DNA of 54,896 nt from a virus (lineage: Duplodnaviria > Caudoviricetes), in IMG/VR virus record IMGVR_UViG_3300045538_000396, positions 1-54,896 of that record. One strand, 5' to 3'. How positions within the stretch are numbered: position 1 is the first letter of the stretch; every line of letters begins with the position of its first letter. The translations under genes and the position numbers were made by a program. Below the pieces are notes generated by a model. The model was not told where the DNA came from, made no database searches, and saw only the letters and a program-made list of their open reading frames with translations. Of this stretch, positions 8,901-18,660 are shown in pieces.

Positions 8901-10186
8901 TATAAATTTTGCGGAGATGATTGTCCTTCTATCGTATTATCTTTTGCATAAAAGTATACAGAATCTCCATCATACAAATTATTATCACTACCTTGTGGCA
9001 TAAGTATTCGGGTACGTGCAATTTGTATATAACAACCATCTTCTACATTATTATTAGAATCTAAATCTGTTGGAGCAGATAGGTTGGCAATGTTGAATAT
9101 AGTTGGAGATACAAAAATTACCTTACAGGTTTTTTTATAATAAAGCGGGTTAGCCCAACCAGGTCCAGCAAATACAATTAAATCGTCTGTTTTCAGTTTA
9201 TGGGGAGTTGAAGTAGTAAATTGTACATGTTTGATGTTTTCAATATAGGACATTTTGGTTACAGTTATTTTGGGATTATGACTTGCCGTTGGATAAACGG
9301 TAAAACCAGAACTTATATTCTGAACGTTATCTTGGTCAAAATAACCATCGCTGAGTACATTTCTTATTACAACTCTTTCTTTTGTCGTATTAAAAGTATT
9401 ACTAATAGGAGATAGGCCGCTTTCGTCAACCATACCGTTTACATCACGTTCATATGAATAAACGTAAGTATGGTCTGCTTTATCGAGTTGACTTGCTATA
9501 TCGTCAAACAACGTAGAGTCTTTTTTGTTTTCTCCTGAGTCTACAAAATTGGTTGATTCTGAATCTCCAATTCTCTCATATCCATCTCCAGAATCCCTGT
9601 AGATTGAATATTTACTAGCACCCTTGACTCCATCAAATGTAATGTCAACTTCGCCATCTTCTTCGAGTTGGTTATATCCATACTCATCGGAAGGATGTTG
9701 CCAACCATCTTGAGTTAATGCTGAAATTCTATATCTATACAATTGAGCCTTTAATTTTCCTTGAGATATCTTTTTGGGTTTAATTTCAATAGCCTGAACT
9801 GTTAACGGTTCATTGAAACCTACAGTTACAGATGATTTAGGTTTATTAGTACCAAGTGGAACCATGTCCGAATCGTTTACAATCTTTCGGGGTCTGAACC
9901 CATCGCTAGTAAAAAGAATACGTTCTTGGTCTTCAATAAATTGATAAACATAGTCCCTGTACTCATCTGAATAAACCCATTTACCACGGTACTTAAATAT
10001 CTTTTTGGTTGTAGATGGACTTACAACTTTATAGAAAATAGGTTCTTTAAAGCCATTAGAAAAACCACTTCTAATATCAACGTTATCTAAAACAGTAGCA
10101 AACTTTTCCGGTAATAGACTTTTATCTATTATCTCGTTGATACCATTTGAATAGTCGATGCGAAGGGTTTTTCTTAACATTATCAA
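5909..10186 (-). CDS. Tail nozzle / DNA stabilisation protein with large internal insertions
   Basis: Follows the adaptors. N-terminal LDNVDIRSG. C-terminal propeller-like motifs (VRWTPMGTPDAFP, GCIAPHSVQATSFGLIYLSKRGL) and internal FN3-like YRYR motifs. Confidence 0.75.
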   Translation of the reverse strand: MIMLRKTLRIDYSNGINEIIDKSLLPEKFATVLDNVDIRSGFSNGFKEPIFYKVVSPSTTKKIFKYRGKWVYSDEYRDYVYQFIEDQERILFTSDGFRPRKIVNDSDMVPLGTNKPKSSVTVGFNEPLTVQAIEIKPKKISQGKLKAQLYRYRISALTQDGWQHPSDEYGYNQLEEDGEVDITFDGVKGASKYSIYRDSGDGYERIGDSESTNFVDSGENKKDSTLFDDIASQLDKADHTYVYSYERDVNGMVDESGLSPISNTFNTTKERVVIRNVLSDGYFDQDNVQNISSGFTVYPTASHNPKITVTKMSYIENIKHVQFTTSTPHKLKTDDLIVFAGPGWANPLYYKKTCKVIFVSPTIFNIANLSAPTDLDSNNNVEDGCYIQIARTRILMPQGSDNNLYDGDSVYFYAKDNTIEGQSSPQNLYPINRSEVYVPPSPTLTIASTPGSLVSRTYRYRVIAVSEYGEFSQPSIEASIVASANQSINVAIPSAPTSGFSDFSHWLLLREYSNQSYTWSQNLKGDDDDSASYDTNAKFSAGYIYNDKDTAGHWSQVAITLEALESPLTVTQTNANNMQSWYDESLDSHLKLEFNGQAKTNASGNIVNIANIGTMTFDEFGEPDYPFNAYTIKLTYSYTDFVDGTYGPTFVGFEYSVNDGKDWYIFATDDFENSKKYLDNNKREIEQVIYNNLSPVSPAKIKIRARIALTNISQGNAAGNNNRVNPYTWFKNLERPGTFSNQFKEPKDISSYPSIQILEKDEYVSDDDYDVDATTPTGSGAITAIRAIRPLAINTDFDVEPLVDGTYTKALNQTGTSLGTGGTVTFTVAAGVIIESSVTVATGGSGYLLDDALSVNMNYPSERLINSTFYNPVFMVTGVQATSGSGGNVLTASSTISTGAKVGLKIYTILIKATYDKETQVIDGLFKARKYDSSGVPLSTGYIEIERYTPYWDNSATLTSTAKWVPRNGYYKYWNIYRTGTAGTYQLVDKVPIHESLYFDSKSTAYLGENPTSYYTDVGPFGEIDVLFNTPPKDLTGLTEHFGMYFGISGNAVRWTPMGTPDAFPDTFMVTLPYKPLALKSYANSLMILCEDSIYRLEGGKPTEMSLSKTQVEDGCIAPHSVQATSFGLIYLSKRGLMLTNGQVAKCISEGKVKPSFFTATSKQTEDFKFWWIPTVGSYFYANLVSGFGYDNNKQQISKFRDIRELTGINNTIRSFVWNGKYFMFWSNAPSDDFSGHTAICIDLAVESLPITTLGINAVDIISDENDNVYALFANQGNGSQENYNEFKSQVRQGIYDISKFKDNPGLSIWQLFAGDNFIPMTIRTGYKRIDSNMVKNGVQQIGNPFDTKVYDYIDFYGNGNVVAKAYIDGDYIISGEVVMEQTYKKPRRLNLPAGKRTGYNLDIEVYGSTSKVVMEIAYRLPEED

Positions 10187-10968
10187 GCACTTTGATTAGA
10201 ATAACGTACGCCAATAATGAGCCAGTTTAGACCCAATGGGATGTACATATGGGAAGAAGAACTTGCTGTATATAAGTCAACATAACTTCGGTATATTCTT
10301 GGGCTCACTTGCTGACAGAAAATAGTCTGAGTTTGCGTTGATGGTGTTGCAGAAGAAATGGTAGAGCCGCTGCTTCCTGCACTTGCAACCCATATACATT
10401 CGGATGCTTTAGCGGGGGTATTCTGGGTACCTGATACATAACTAGGAAAAGGAATTTCTTTGTGTGTTGGAATTGTTGAGGATGTTGCTGCAATGGGGTC
10501 GTAGTAACCAGATTTCTTTGCAATATTAGTTGATGTTCCAGCAGAAGAACCAGCAGAAGCAATTGCCTGATTAACTAATTGACTAATGGTAGAAGCAAGA
10601 GAATCTACTTGAGAAATAACATAAGTCTGAGTGGCTACCTGTTGATTAGAAACTGTTACATTCCCACTAAAAGCAGGATTATTAATTGGGGCAATGCTAG
10701 GTGCAGTAACGGAGCCAACAAAGTTTGCACCGGATAGTTTTGCTAGACCCCCGCCCGTTTCTCCAAGATTGTAAAGAAAGTCCCAAGAACCGCTATTTCC
10801 AGTTGCATAGTTCCATTCATAGACTTTATTAGTACTATTGTCTTGCCATACCCAGCCCCTAAAATCATTAGTAAACGTACCAAGTAAACCATTTGCTGAG
10901 GTCATGTCTGAATAGGCCGGAGAGCCACTGTCTTTAATAATTCTGTTTCCAATAATTTTAACAGCCAT
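10183..10968 (-). CDS. Virion tail-associated protein
   Basis: Fibre-like motifs (AKLSGANFVG, APINNPAFSG, QVATQTYV) in the structural operon. Confidence 0.65.
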   Translation of the reverse strand: MAVKIIGNRIIKDSGSPAYSDMTSANGLLGTFTNDFRGWVWQDNSTNKVYEWNYATGNSGSWDFLYNLGETGGGLAKLSGANFVGSVTAPSIAPINNPAFSGNVTVSNQQVATQTYVISQVDSLASTISQLVNQAIASAGSSAGTSTNIAKKSGYYDPIAATSSTIPTHKEIPFPSYVSGTQNTPAKASECIWVASAGSSGSTISSATPSTQTQTIFCQQVSPRIYRSYVDLYTASSSSHMYIPLGLNWLIIGVRYSNQSA

Positions 10969-10970
10969 AA

Positions 10971-11606
10971 TTACTCTGCCCTTCTTGTGTTAGGTTGTGG
11001 AGTTTGAATTCCAATGAATTGATTAAATAATTGCATATACATTAATGATTGTTCTATGTCTTGTTTATCACCATCAATCATAAAAAGCCAAGATGCAGCA
11101 GCATATTTTATATAAATGTGATGTGGCAACGGGATGCTTGAGTCAACTGTATCTGCTAATAGAGACATAATTAATGGATTCTTAACATAACCAAGTGTGA
11201 TATTTTTGTTTGATGTTGGATAAGGAGTAACTTTAATTGATTTACCATCATAAACAAGCCATCTCAATGGAGTCCCAGTTTTTGTTTCCCACTGTGGATT
11301 TTTCATTTCTTCTTCTTGCTTTGATGTTAACAAAAGAATTTTTGAATTATACTTACATCGTTCTAATGTAAGATAATCATTTACTGGAGCCGAAGTTTTA
11401 CCATAATCATCAATAACACGGGTCTCTTCTACGTAATTACAATTAGTTAGTCTGCAATATGTTTGTATTGCATAATTAATACCAGAAACAACATCGTCTT
11501 GAGACCAAGTATTTGAAACATCACTTGAATCCCCAATAAGAAGTCTTGTTTCTTCTATCAATTGTGATAAGTTTTTAGCAGCAATTTGATTAGCCATTAT
11601 TACCAC
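10971..11606 (-). CDS. Head-tail adaptor protein
   Basis: WSQDDVVSGINYA, GTPLRW, IKVTPYP and IPLPHHIYIKYAAASW motifs of podovirus adaptor/tail tubular A-like proteins. Real start may be ATG 11597. Confidence 0.75.
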   Translation of the reverse strand: MVIMANQIAAKNLSQLIEETRLLIGDSSDVSNTWSQDDVVSGINYAIQTYCRLTNCNYVEETRVIDDYGKTSAPVNDYLTLERCKYNSKILLLTSKQEEEMKNPQWETKTGTPLRWLVYDGKSIKVTPYPTSNKNITLGYVKNPLIMSLLADTVDSSIPLPHHIYIKYAAASWLFMIDGDKQDIEQSLMYMQLFNQFIGIQTPQPNTRRAE

Positions 11607-12265
11607 CCATAAGGATTATAGATACCATTTTTCCTTCTTCCGCCAATAGGGTTTGGCTTCATGGTAAGAGTTCCACTGTTACCTAAAATGGCAATTGATT
11701 TAATATTTGATATTTCGTTATTACGTTGTATTTTATAATTTTGTGCCATTTGAAGGTTCATTGCTGGTCCAGGTATTATATATATTTCACTTAAGCAACC
11801 AAATAAGATAGCCTCTTCCGCATCAGGTGGTAGCGTTATATCAAGTATTTCACCCTGTGGAATAATAGAATATTTTACCCTCAAGTTAGCACTTGCTTTA
11901 GTAATCGGATAGATACGTAATTCATTCTTTAAAACATCAAATCCCCAGTGTGAAGCAATGCCAATTTCGTGCTGTTCATTGACCTTATTGTTGATATCTA
12001 TGATATTTACTTCTTCTAGTATTTTATATTTTCCATTTGATAACTGAAGTTCAACCATATGGACTCTGTTGATGTCGTATCCTGACTTTGAAATTGTATA
12101 AGTATTGGCATTGGCAGAGACGGTTATACTTGATTCATCTTGCAAAATCATCGTTTGACGACATAATCGCCTAATGCTTTCCTGCATATAAAAGTCAATA
12201 ATACTATCTTTCAGGTCGGGTCTGTGAAGTCTTACTTGACCAAGCAATGACCTAACATTAATCAT
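11600..12265 (-). CDS. Second adaptor-like protein
   Basis: ELRIYP and EEAILFGCLSEIYIIPG motifs, position after the capsid gene. Confidence 0.7.
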   Translation of the reverse strand: MINVRSLLGQVRLHRPDLKDSIIDFYMQESIRRLCRQTMILQDESSITVSANANTYTISKSGYDINRVHMVELQLSNGKYKILEEVNIIDINNKVNEQHEIGIASHWGFDVLKNELRIYPITKASANLRVKYSIIPQGEILDITLPPDAEEAILFGCLSEIYIIPGPAMNLQMAQNYKIQRNNEISNIKSIAILGNSGTLTMKPNPIGGRRKNGIYNPYGW

Positions 12266-12423
12266 ACCTCTCCCAATTTAGAAGTGTTTATATATTTAAT
12301 AATAGCATCCGCAATTTGCTCTTTACTCATAAAGCGAACCTTACCGGGAAGCGTAATGTTATCTTTTTTTACTAACTTTAATAACTCAGGAACACTTAAG
12401 TTTTCTATGTCTTTTATGTTCAT
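12262..12423 (-). CDS. Small Rho-N/HeH-like helical protein (53 aa)
   Basis: MNIKDIENLSVPELLKLVKKDNITLPGKVRFMSKEQIADAII..., AAGGA RBS, ATGA overlap with the next gene. Not in the ORF track. Confidence 0.65.
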   Translation of the reverse strand: MNIKDIENLSVPELLKLVKKDNITLPGKVRFMSKEQIADAIIKYINTSKLGEV

Positions 12424-12434
12424 AATAAATCCTT

Positions 12435-12466
12435 AAAAGAATATGGGGGGCAAAGCCCCCCAATAT
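12435..12466 (-). terminator. Intrinsic terminator after the major capsid gene
   Basis: GGGGGGC-TTT-GCCCCCC hairpin (12445-12461) followed by ATATTCTTTT on the minus strand. Confidence 0.7.
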
Positions 12467-12484
12467 CCTCGATTACTCTGAAAA

Positions 12485-13441
12485 TTACGCAGAGTACACA
12501 GGTAGAATAACCAAAGATTCAGGTTTTACGATTTTGAAACCGAAAACTTGAAGACCTTTGACTCCGTAACCAAAACGGTCCGTCAAGGGCAGCATTTCAT
12601 GTTTAATGAATTGCGAAGCAAAGGTTAAACCACAGTTGTGACCCACAATAACAGGGCACTGTTCGCCAGACTCAAACTTGTTGGTATCACCATCACCAAC
12701 AGCATTAGTGGCGGAATTAGGCAGATTGTTGGAGACATAAATGGTCATTCCATCAATTTCACCAATTTGACCATTGCGCATGGGCGAAACAGAATCGCCA
12801 GTAATTAAAGCACTCTTCAAGTCAGAGTTCTTTAACGTACGAGCCATACCCGGATTCAGAACAACAAAACGTTTTCCATCACGGGGAACATTTTGCTCAT
12901 CTAAGGCCTGACCTGCTTCCAAAAGTTTATCTACGACAGTAGCAGCACCACTGTTGTAGTTAAAAGAAGCAAGTTGTTTAATTTCACCACTTGTAAAAGT
13001 GGGTGAAGTTTTGCTTGCAGCAGCAAGAGCGGCAAGAACTTGTTTGTCAATATTAATTGACATCTGCATAGCAGCGTCTTGAGTAGTCATGTCAATAACA
13101 TTCAAATCAGACATGAATTCATCAATGTAATCAACCGAGAAAGCATAGTACTTTGCTTGGTCAATGGTTAAGGTAATATGGTCCGTAAAATCAATAGCAC
13201 CCGCAGTGCCTAGTTGGTCATATTCAACAGTAGCACCACTAGTCGTCCAGTCTTTAATCGTGACAGTAGGAACAGTGCGAATAATAACTTTGTCGCCATA
13301 TGAGGAAATCTCGCCTTCCCAATCGGTGTTAGAGATAGCGGGGACGACTGCGGTTGAATAGAACTTCTCTTGCAACTTGGCAGAGTAAATCTGCGGAATA
13401 AAATTTTTGGCTGAAAGTACAGCCTTTGGAGTGTAAGCCAT
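12485..13441 (-). CDS. Major capsid protein (HK97 fold)
   Basis: FIPQIYSAKL, WEGEISSYGDKVII, LTIDQAKYYAF, LDEQNVPRDGKRFVV, GQIGEIDGMTIYVSNNLP and VKGLQVFG motifs. Confidence 0.95.
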   Translation of the reverse strand: MAYTPKAVLSAKNFIPQIYSAKLQEKFYSTAVVPAISNTDWEGEISSYGDKVIIRTVPTVTIKDWTTSGATVEYDQLGTAGAIDFTDHITLTIDQAKYYAFSVDYIDEFMSDLNVIDMTTQDAAMQMSINIDKQVLAALAAASKTSPTFTSGEIKQLASFNYNSGAATVVDKLLEAGQALDEQNVPRDGKRFVVLNPGMARTLKNSDLKSALITGDSVSPMRNGQIGEIDGMTIYVSNNLPNSATNAVGDGDTNKFESGEQCPVIVGHNCGLTFASQFIKHEMLPLTDRFGYGVKGLQVFGFKIVKPESLVILPVYSA

Positions 13442-13457
13442 TGTAAAATCCTTTTAA

Positions 13458-14468
13458 TTAAGTTTTAAATTGTTTTGAGAAAAAGTTATCGGCTTTTTTC
13501 ATAAGTTCTGCCCGTTTCACTGGGTCTTTTACTCTATGAATATTTTGCGATATCCTCATGAAATCAACTTCTGTAAGTTCTTCGACATTTTCTAAACGCA
13601 TGTTTGAACTTACGCTTGGAGATGTTTTAACTCGCATTTCTGCAGGAGCGACTTTTTTTACAGTTGTTGGGACGGTAGTTTTATTAGTAGATAATTTATA
13701 ATCATCAAAAACTTTAATAACATCATTGACATCAAAAGGAATAGTCCCTTCGTAAACACCCCTGTAAATACTTGGTGCAGAGCCATAAATCCATTCTTTA
13801 AACTCGTCAGAAAGCCTCACATCATCAAAATCGGGATGAACCTGTTTGATTTGCTCGTCTCTTTCATTAATTTGTTTTCGGATTTTAGACTCATCAAGTT
13901 CGGCTTTAATGGTATTAACTTGGTCTTCAACAGTTTTAAACTTGTTGTTTAACTCGTTTTTTACAACTAAAGCCTTTTTTTCAGCGATTCTAGCGGTCTT
14001 GGGAAACTCTGCTTCCCAATCACTAACCTCATCGTTGGTAGTGTCCATGTTAAAAAGTTCTGATAAATTATCAGTATCTACATTTGAAACCTTTTGGTTT
14101 CTAATATCTTCTAATTCCCGTTTAATAGACTCATTTTGTTCCAAAATATCTTTCAAGGTTTTCTCGTACTCAGAGCGTTCTTTTTGAGCAGCATTCATGG
14201 CTTTTACAGCAGATTTATACTTAGATTCTGAAACCATTGCATCCTGTGGTTCTTGGATTTCGTTGGCACTAGAAGTTTCAGATGCCACAGTTTTTTCAAT
14301 AGTTTCGGTTTCGGTATTATATGCTTTGCCAATCGAATTAGGCAATTCAATGCTTGTTGATGGTTTTTGACCATCGTGAGCAGTGAGTTCACCACTTGCC
14401 ACAAGTTCAGCAATTGCTTCATTTGCACTAGCAGAGTCTTGTTTTATTTTTTCGAGTCTTCGGTTCAT
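13458..14468 (-). CDS. Capsid scaffolding protein
   Basis: Acidic coiled coil with HPDFDDVRLSDEFKEWI, located between portal and capsid. Confidence 0.8.
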   Translation of the reverse strand: MNRRLEKIKQDSASANEAIAELVASGELTAHDGQKPSTSIELPNSIGKAYNTETETIEKTVASETSSANEIQEPQDAMVSESKYKSAVKAMNAAQKERSEYEKTLKDILEQNESIKRELEDIRNQKVSNVDTDNLSELFNMDTTNDEVSDWEAEFPKTARIAEKKALVVKNELNNKFKTVEDQVNTIKAELDESKIRKQINERDEQIKQVHPDFDDVRLSDEFKEWIYGSAPSIYRGVYEGTIPFDVNDVIKVFDDYKLSTNKTTVPTTVKKVAPAEMRVKTSPSVSSNMRLENVEELTEVDFMRISQNIHRVKDPVKRAELMKKADNFFSKQFKT

Positions 14469-14749
14469 AGTTTACTCCTGACGGTTCCAATGGAACTTGG
14501 TCCTAATGATTCACGCTCACGAGATTGTGAGTTGGTGTCTAATTGTTTAATGCTATCTTCTAGGCAACATATTTCACGCAAAGCGGAAATATAGCCACGA
14601 ATACGTAGTACTTCATCAAATGAAGTAACCATTTCAAGTGACTCTCTCTTTTGTTCAATAAAGAATTTTAATAATTCTTTCATTTGAGTCCAATGCGGAG
14701 AGAATACAACAGGTTTTGTATTTTCTAAAAGTTTATCAATATTGCTCAT
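14465..14749 (-). CDS. Small conserved protein downstream of portal
   Basis: DEVLRIRGYISALREI motif, conserved position between portal and scaffold. Confidence 0.7.
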   Translation of the reverse strand: MSNIDKLLENTKPVVFSPHWTQMKELLKFFIEQKRESLEMVTSFDEVLRIRGYISALREICCLEDSIKQLDTNSQSRERESLGPSSIGTVRSKL

Positions 14750-14767
14750 AAGTTTAATAGTATCACG

Positions 14768-17044
14768 TTATAAAATTTCATTTTCATCAATTTGAACGGG
14801 TTCTTGTGAGGGGTCACTGGGCTGCTGTTGAATATTTTGAGTCATGCCATCCATGGGATTGCCCATATTTTGATTCAAATCCGTAGATTGCATTTGTTGA
14901 GATACATCACCAACCGAAACGGGAGATGGACTTACACCCATTTGTCCTTGTTCAATCTGATTCTGGGCAGCACTATTAATTTGTTGCGATGCCATCATTC
15001 TTTCTTCATTATTTGTTTCAGAAGAACGAGATTTTAAGTCTGTCAAAACATCAGTAATTGACATCTCCTTCATTTGTTCAATGGCTTCTGTCATTGAAGG
15101 AGTCATTGCATCTTGTGACATCATAACAAGTTCGTAAATAGCCGGATAGGCTGGGCTATTGGGCTCAGTGTTAGTAAGAATTTGCAACAAAGCATCAGGT
15201 CTAGGAGTCTCTGAACGCACTTTAGGCGCGGCTTGTTGTGCTGCTTCCGCTTGTTGCTTAATCATCATTTCCATAATTTTTGCAGCCTCTTCGTCTGAAT
15301 TAACAATCTCAGAGCCATTAAATCCATGTAGGCGTATCCATTCCTTCAGAATAGCAGGCTTATTGATAAAAGGTTTGTAGTCTGGGTCCATCATAATTTG
15401 CGAGAGTTCTTGCATGTTTGCAAGTTTAGATTCGGTATTAACAAGTTCAGTAACTCCTCCTGCGGAAATAGAAAAATCACCCTTCATATTTTCATTAGTT
15501 GAGTACTGCATATTCCAATCATAAATTTTTCTAATAAGAGGTTTTGTAATAAAGTTGTCAATGTTAAAAATAATGCCCTTAATGTAAGAGTTTGCTGCGT
15601 TAAAAAGCATACTCATTCCAGAAGCCGTACGATTATGTTGGCCCGAAGCCGTGCCCGCAAAACCCTGAGTCATATCAGGCATTGAGGTCACTTCTTGGAT
15701 AAAAAGTTTGAAATTATCTTGAAGAAGTTTTAATTCTCCAAGGATACTAGGAGTTTGTACAAATTGAACAGGTGGTTGGCTCATTCCTTCCATGGATTTT
15801 ACACTCCAAACACCCCAAGGCTTAAGTCCATCAAACTTGAATCCATTTACCATGCGACTCGTGTCATAAATAACTTGAGGACCCGCAGCGATACCCATAT
15901 TATCAACCATTGCACGCGCGGAAGCATTAACAATTTCCTGTGGGTCACGCATCTTTTCAGGTAGGCTTCTGCCCCATATACTGTAAAGTACTCTTTCGTA
16001 TGGACAAACCATAAAAGGTAATGAAGGATTTTCCAAGCCAGAAACGGCAATTTTGATGCAATAATTTCCAACCGACCAAATACAAGTCATAACAGGTTGA
16101 TTATCTTTTCTGTCTTCAATGGCAAAACCTGCTTTTCTTAAATCATCAGGTTGCATCCAACCCCAATGTTCATAAGCAACATAACGGTCATAATGATTCA
16201 TTTGGTTATTATTCTTATTCAAAGAAAAAACTCTAGACTCCCAGGGCTCGGCTGACCAATTACCTTTAGGGTGAGCCTCAACTACTTTCATAATTTCTTT
16301 TTCGTCAAAATCTTGCTGTTTGGCTAGTTGCAATAGTTGTGCTTGATTAAGTACATGACGCTGTATAGCCCACATAGCATCATCAATGTCAAAAGCAGCA
16401 GGGTCTGGATAAAACTCATAGGGCGATACTACATCTACGTCTGCTCTAATATCTTCTTCTTGCGTCATATCAAAGACACCCATGGTCTTAGACTTAGACC
16501 ATTTATTTTTTTTCTTTCCAGAGGCAAATGGTCCCTTAATAACTGCTGTACCTGAAATAACTAAATCAAGAATGGCTCGTGAAAATTTTTCGTTCCAATT
16601 GGCTTCAATCAAATCATCTGCAATTCGTACTCGCATGGTATCGCAAGCAATATTAGCCATAACAATTTTTTCTTTAATGGACGGAGGAAGAGCAGGATTT
16701 CTTTCTGCCTCTTTTGTATCAGTGATACCCAGAGAAACAAGTATAGGTTCTGGTGTTGGCTTAATTGACCAAGGATATCCATTTGGTCCACACATAGTGG
16801 TCATAATTTGAGAATACGCAGACATGCATTTCATTTGAGTAAAATTCAAGAAAATTCCAGAACCATTTGGATTATCATCACTGGTTGCATGAGATAAACC
16901 ATCAAATTGCATTTTACTTTCAATCCATCTCTGTTCCTGTATTGTTCTAAGATTTTTTACAGAAATAAAACGATGATGAATAAGCCTAGCCAAATCACTA
17001 GTTTGACTTATCGGTTGTCCTTCGTTGAGGTCAACAATTTCCAT
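14768..17044 (-). CDS. Portal protein
   Basis: ISGTAVIKGP, VSPYEFYPDP, PYERVLYSIWG, ARAMVDNM and RTASGMSML motifs. Follows terL. Confidence 0.93.
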   Translation of the reverse strand: MEIVDLNEGQPISQTSDLARLIHHRFISVKNLRTIQEQRWIESKMQFDGLSHATSDDNPNGSGIFLNFTQMKCMSAYSQIMTTMCGPNGYPWSIKPTPEPILVSLGITDTKEAERNPALPPSIKEKIVMANIACDTMRVRIADDLIEANWNEKFSRAILDLVISGTAVIKGPFASGKKKNKWSKSKTMGVFDMTQEEDIRADVDVVSPYEFYPDPAAFDIDDAMWAIQRHVLNQAQLLQLAKQQDFDEKEIMKVVEAHPKGNWSAEPWESRVFSLNKNNNQMNHYDRYVAYEHWGWMQPDDLRKAGFAIEDRKDNQPVMTCIWSVGNYCIKIAVSGLENPSLPFMVCPYERVLYSIWGRSLPEKMRDPQEIVNASARAMVDNMGIAAGPQVIYDTSRMVNGFKFDGLKPWGVWSVKSMEGMSQPPVQFVQTPSILGELKLLQDNFKLFIQEVTSMPDMTQGFAGTASGQHNRTASGMSMLFNAANSYIKGIIFNIDNFITKPLIRKIYDWNMQYSTNENMKGDFSISAGGVTELVNTESKLANMQELSQIMMDPDYKPFINKPAILKEWIRLHGFNGSEIVNSDEEAAKIMEMMIKQQAEAAQQAAPKVRSETPRPDALLQILTNTEPNSPAYPAIYELVMMSQDAMTPSMTEAIEQMKEMSITDVLTDLKSRSSETNNEERMMASQQINSAAQNQIEQGQMGVSPSPVSVGDVSQQMQSTDLNQNMGNPMDGMTQNIQQQPSDPSQEPVQIDENEIL

Positions 17045-17053
17045 TATAAACTC

Positions 17054-18445
17054 CTAATAGCCAATCCGTTTGTTAATAGGCTTCCACTCATAGTTTACCA
17101 AATGTTTTTCAATAATGTGGTTTCTATGGTGAACTTTATCCCAAGAAGTAACACAATACCTAAACGCATCCATCAAATCATCTTCTTGTTTCAAAATATC
17201 TCCATTAGGTTTAAATCTATATAATCTCATTTCCTTCAATGTTTCTATGCAAGATTCAAATATATATAATTGTTCTGCGGCTATTTTTGACCTTATAAAA
17301 GATATGCCGTAATTTACCCTATTATCAGCAATAATCAATTTTTCTTCACCAAGTATGTCCTGATAAAGTTTAAAAGGCGAGTCCCCCGTTGCAATAGACC
17401 TTTGCCTGGAGTTGGGGTCTATGGAGAACTTGCACTCCCAGTCACGTAGTCTATAGGCATGATAAATAGAAGTCTCACCTGATTTTTTATACTCTTGGTA
17501 TATGTATCCAGTATTACTTTGTGGGTCAATAGCCATCACTACAGCACAAGTAGGGTGGGCAATACCCACATCCAATCCACCAATAATTTTCCAGTTAGGG
17601 TTGATTTCAAAATCCGGAACAACATATTCTTCTTCGTCAAATTGATACACTTTTCCTGTTCCAACCGTTGGTTTTCCAAATTTACGACTATCTATTTCGT
17701 GGGGTCCTAGGCCAGCCAACTGTATCCTTTTATCATCTTCCGATAAATGAGTTACGTCATCCCAAGTTAGATAATGTACGCCATATATACCATCTTTGTT
17801 GTTTATCATTTCATCGCACAAAGGAGTCACTCCCCTTAATGGTGTAAATGTTAGAAACACGTACCCAGATGTTGCAATGGTACGCATCTTGGCTTCTTTA
17901 AAAATGTCTTCGGGCGGTTCTTCATCACACCAAACAAAATTAACCGAAGAACCTTGAAATTTTTCTCGACCTTGGTCATAAGAAAAGAACTGAATAGTAC
18001 TATTTTCTCCCGATTTGTGCTTAATTCTTGCAATATCAATGGCTCCTGGAATACCACTCTTTCTAATAGGGTCGCCAACCAAGCATTCCCTTGGAATTAG
18101 ACCCGTACCCCATTCGCCAAGGGGTCCAAAGAGTTTTTCTTGCAAGGTATCACGTACACGAGTCGATGATTCCCCCGCTACCCATACAGTGACAGGTTTA
18201 TCGTATCTTACACCCTCGTACCAGTCAGGATAATACCCCGTTAGATGGTAGGCACAAAAAGCAGAACCAACGGTTGTTTTTCCAGATTGATTTCCACCAA
18301 ATAAAGCCACAATTTTATGTTTATCGTTGATAAATTCTCTTTGTTTTGGGTAGGGATTAAATGTCTTTAACTTATTTTCACGATTACGCCTATTTATTTC
18401 GGCTTCGTACTCCATAAGTTTCTGTATTTCCATAATTTCTTTCAT
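17054..18445 (-). CDS. terL: Terminase large subunit
   Basis: Walker A GGNQSGKT, Walker B VWCDEEP, TFTP coupling motif, RNase H-like GGLDVG..HP and DDLMDAFRY. Confidence 0.96.
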   Translation of the reverse strand: MKEIMEIQKLMEYEAEINRRNRENKLKTFNPYPKQREFINDKHKIVALFGGNQSGKTTVGSAFCAYHLTGYYPDWYEGVRYDKPVTVWVAGESSTRVRDTLQEKLFGPLGEWGTGLIPRECLVGDPIRKSGIPGAIDIARIKHKSGENSTIQFFSYDQGREKFQGSSVNFVWCDEEPPEDIFKEAKMRTIATSGYVFLTFTPLRGVTPLCDEMINNKDGIYGVHYLTWDDVTHLSEDDKRIQLAGLGPHEIDSRKFGKPTVGTGKVYQFDEEEYVVPDFEINPNWKIIGGLDVGIAHPTCAVVMAIDPQSNTGYIYQEYKKSGETSIYHAYRLRDWECKFSIDPNSRQRSIATGDSPFKLYQDILGEEKLIIADNRVNYGISFIRSKIAAEQLYIFESCIETLKEMRLYRFKPNGDILKQEDDLMDAFRYCVTSWDKVHHRNHIIEKHLVNYEWKPINKRIGY

Positions 18446-18503
18446 AAGTACCTGTTATTATCTAAGAAGGGTCGAGTTGGCACTCAACCAAAAAGGATTT
18501 AAC

Positions 18504-18638
18504 ATGAAATACTGCACTAAATTCAGTAAGGAACCAAAGCCTGCGAAAGAATTTTCGCAAAAAACCTTCCCTGCAATGGGCAAAAAAGGTAAAGGATTTG
18601 TTTCTCGTCCCAAAGGGTACGAAACGACAGAGGGATAA
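18504..18638 (+). CDS. Antisense basic mini-protein between terS and terL (44 aa)
   Basis: AAAGGA RBS, then MKYCTKFSKEPKPAKEFSQKTFPAMGKKGKGFVSRPKGYETTEG. Fills the intergenic gap and is followed by a terminator. Confidence 0.6.
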   Translation: MKYCTKFSKEPKPAKEFSQKTFPAMGKKGKGFVSRPKGYETTEG

Positions 18639-18660
18639 TTCCCAACATCGTTTAAGAACG

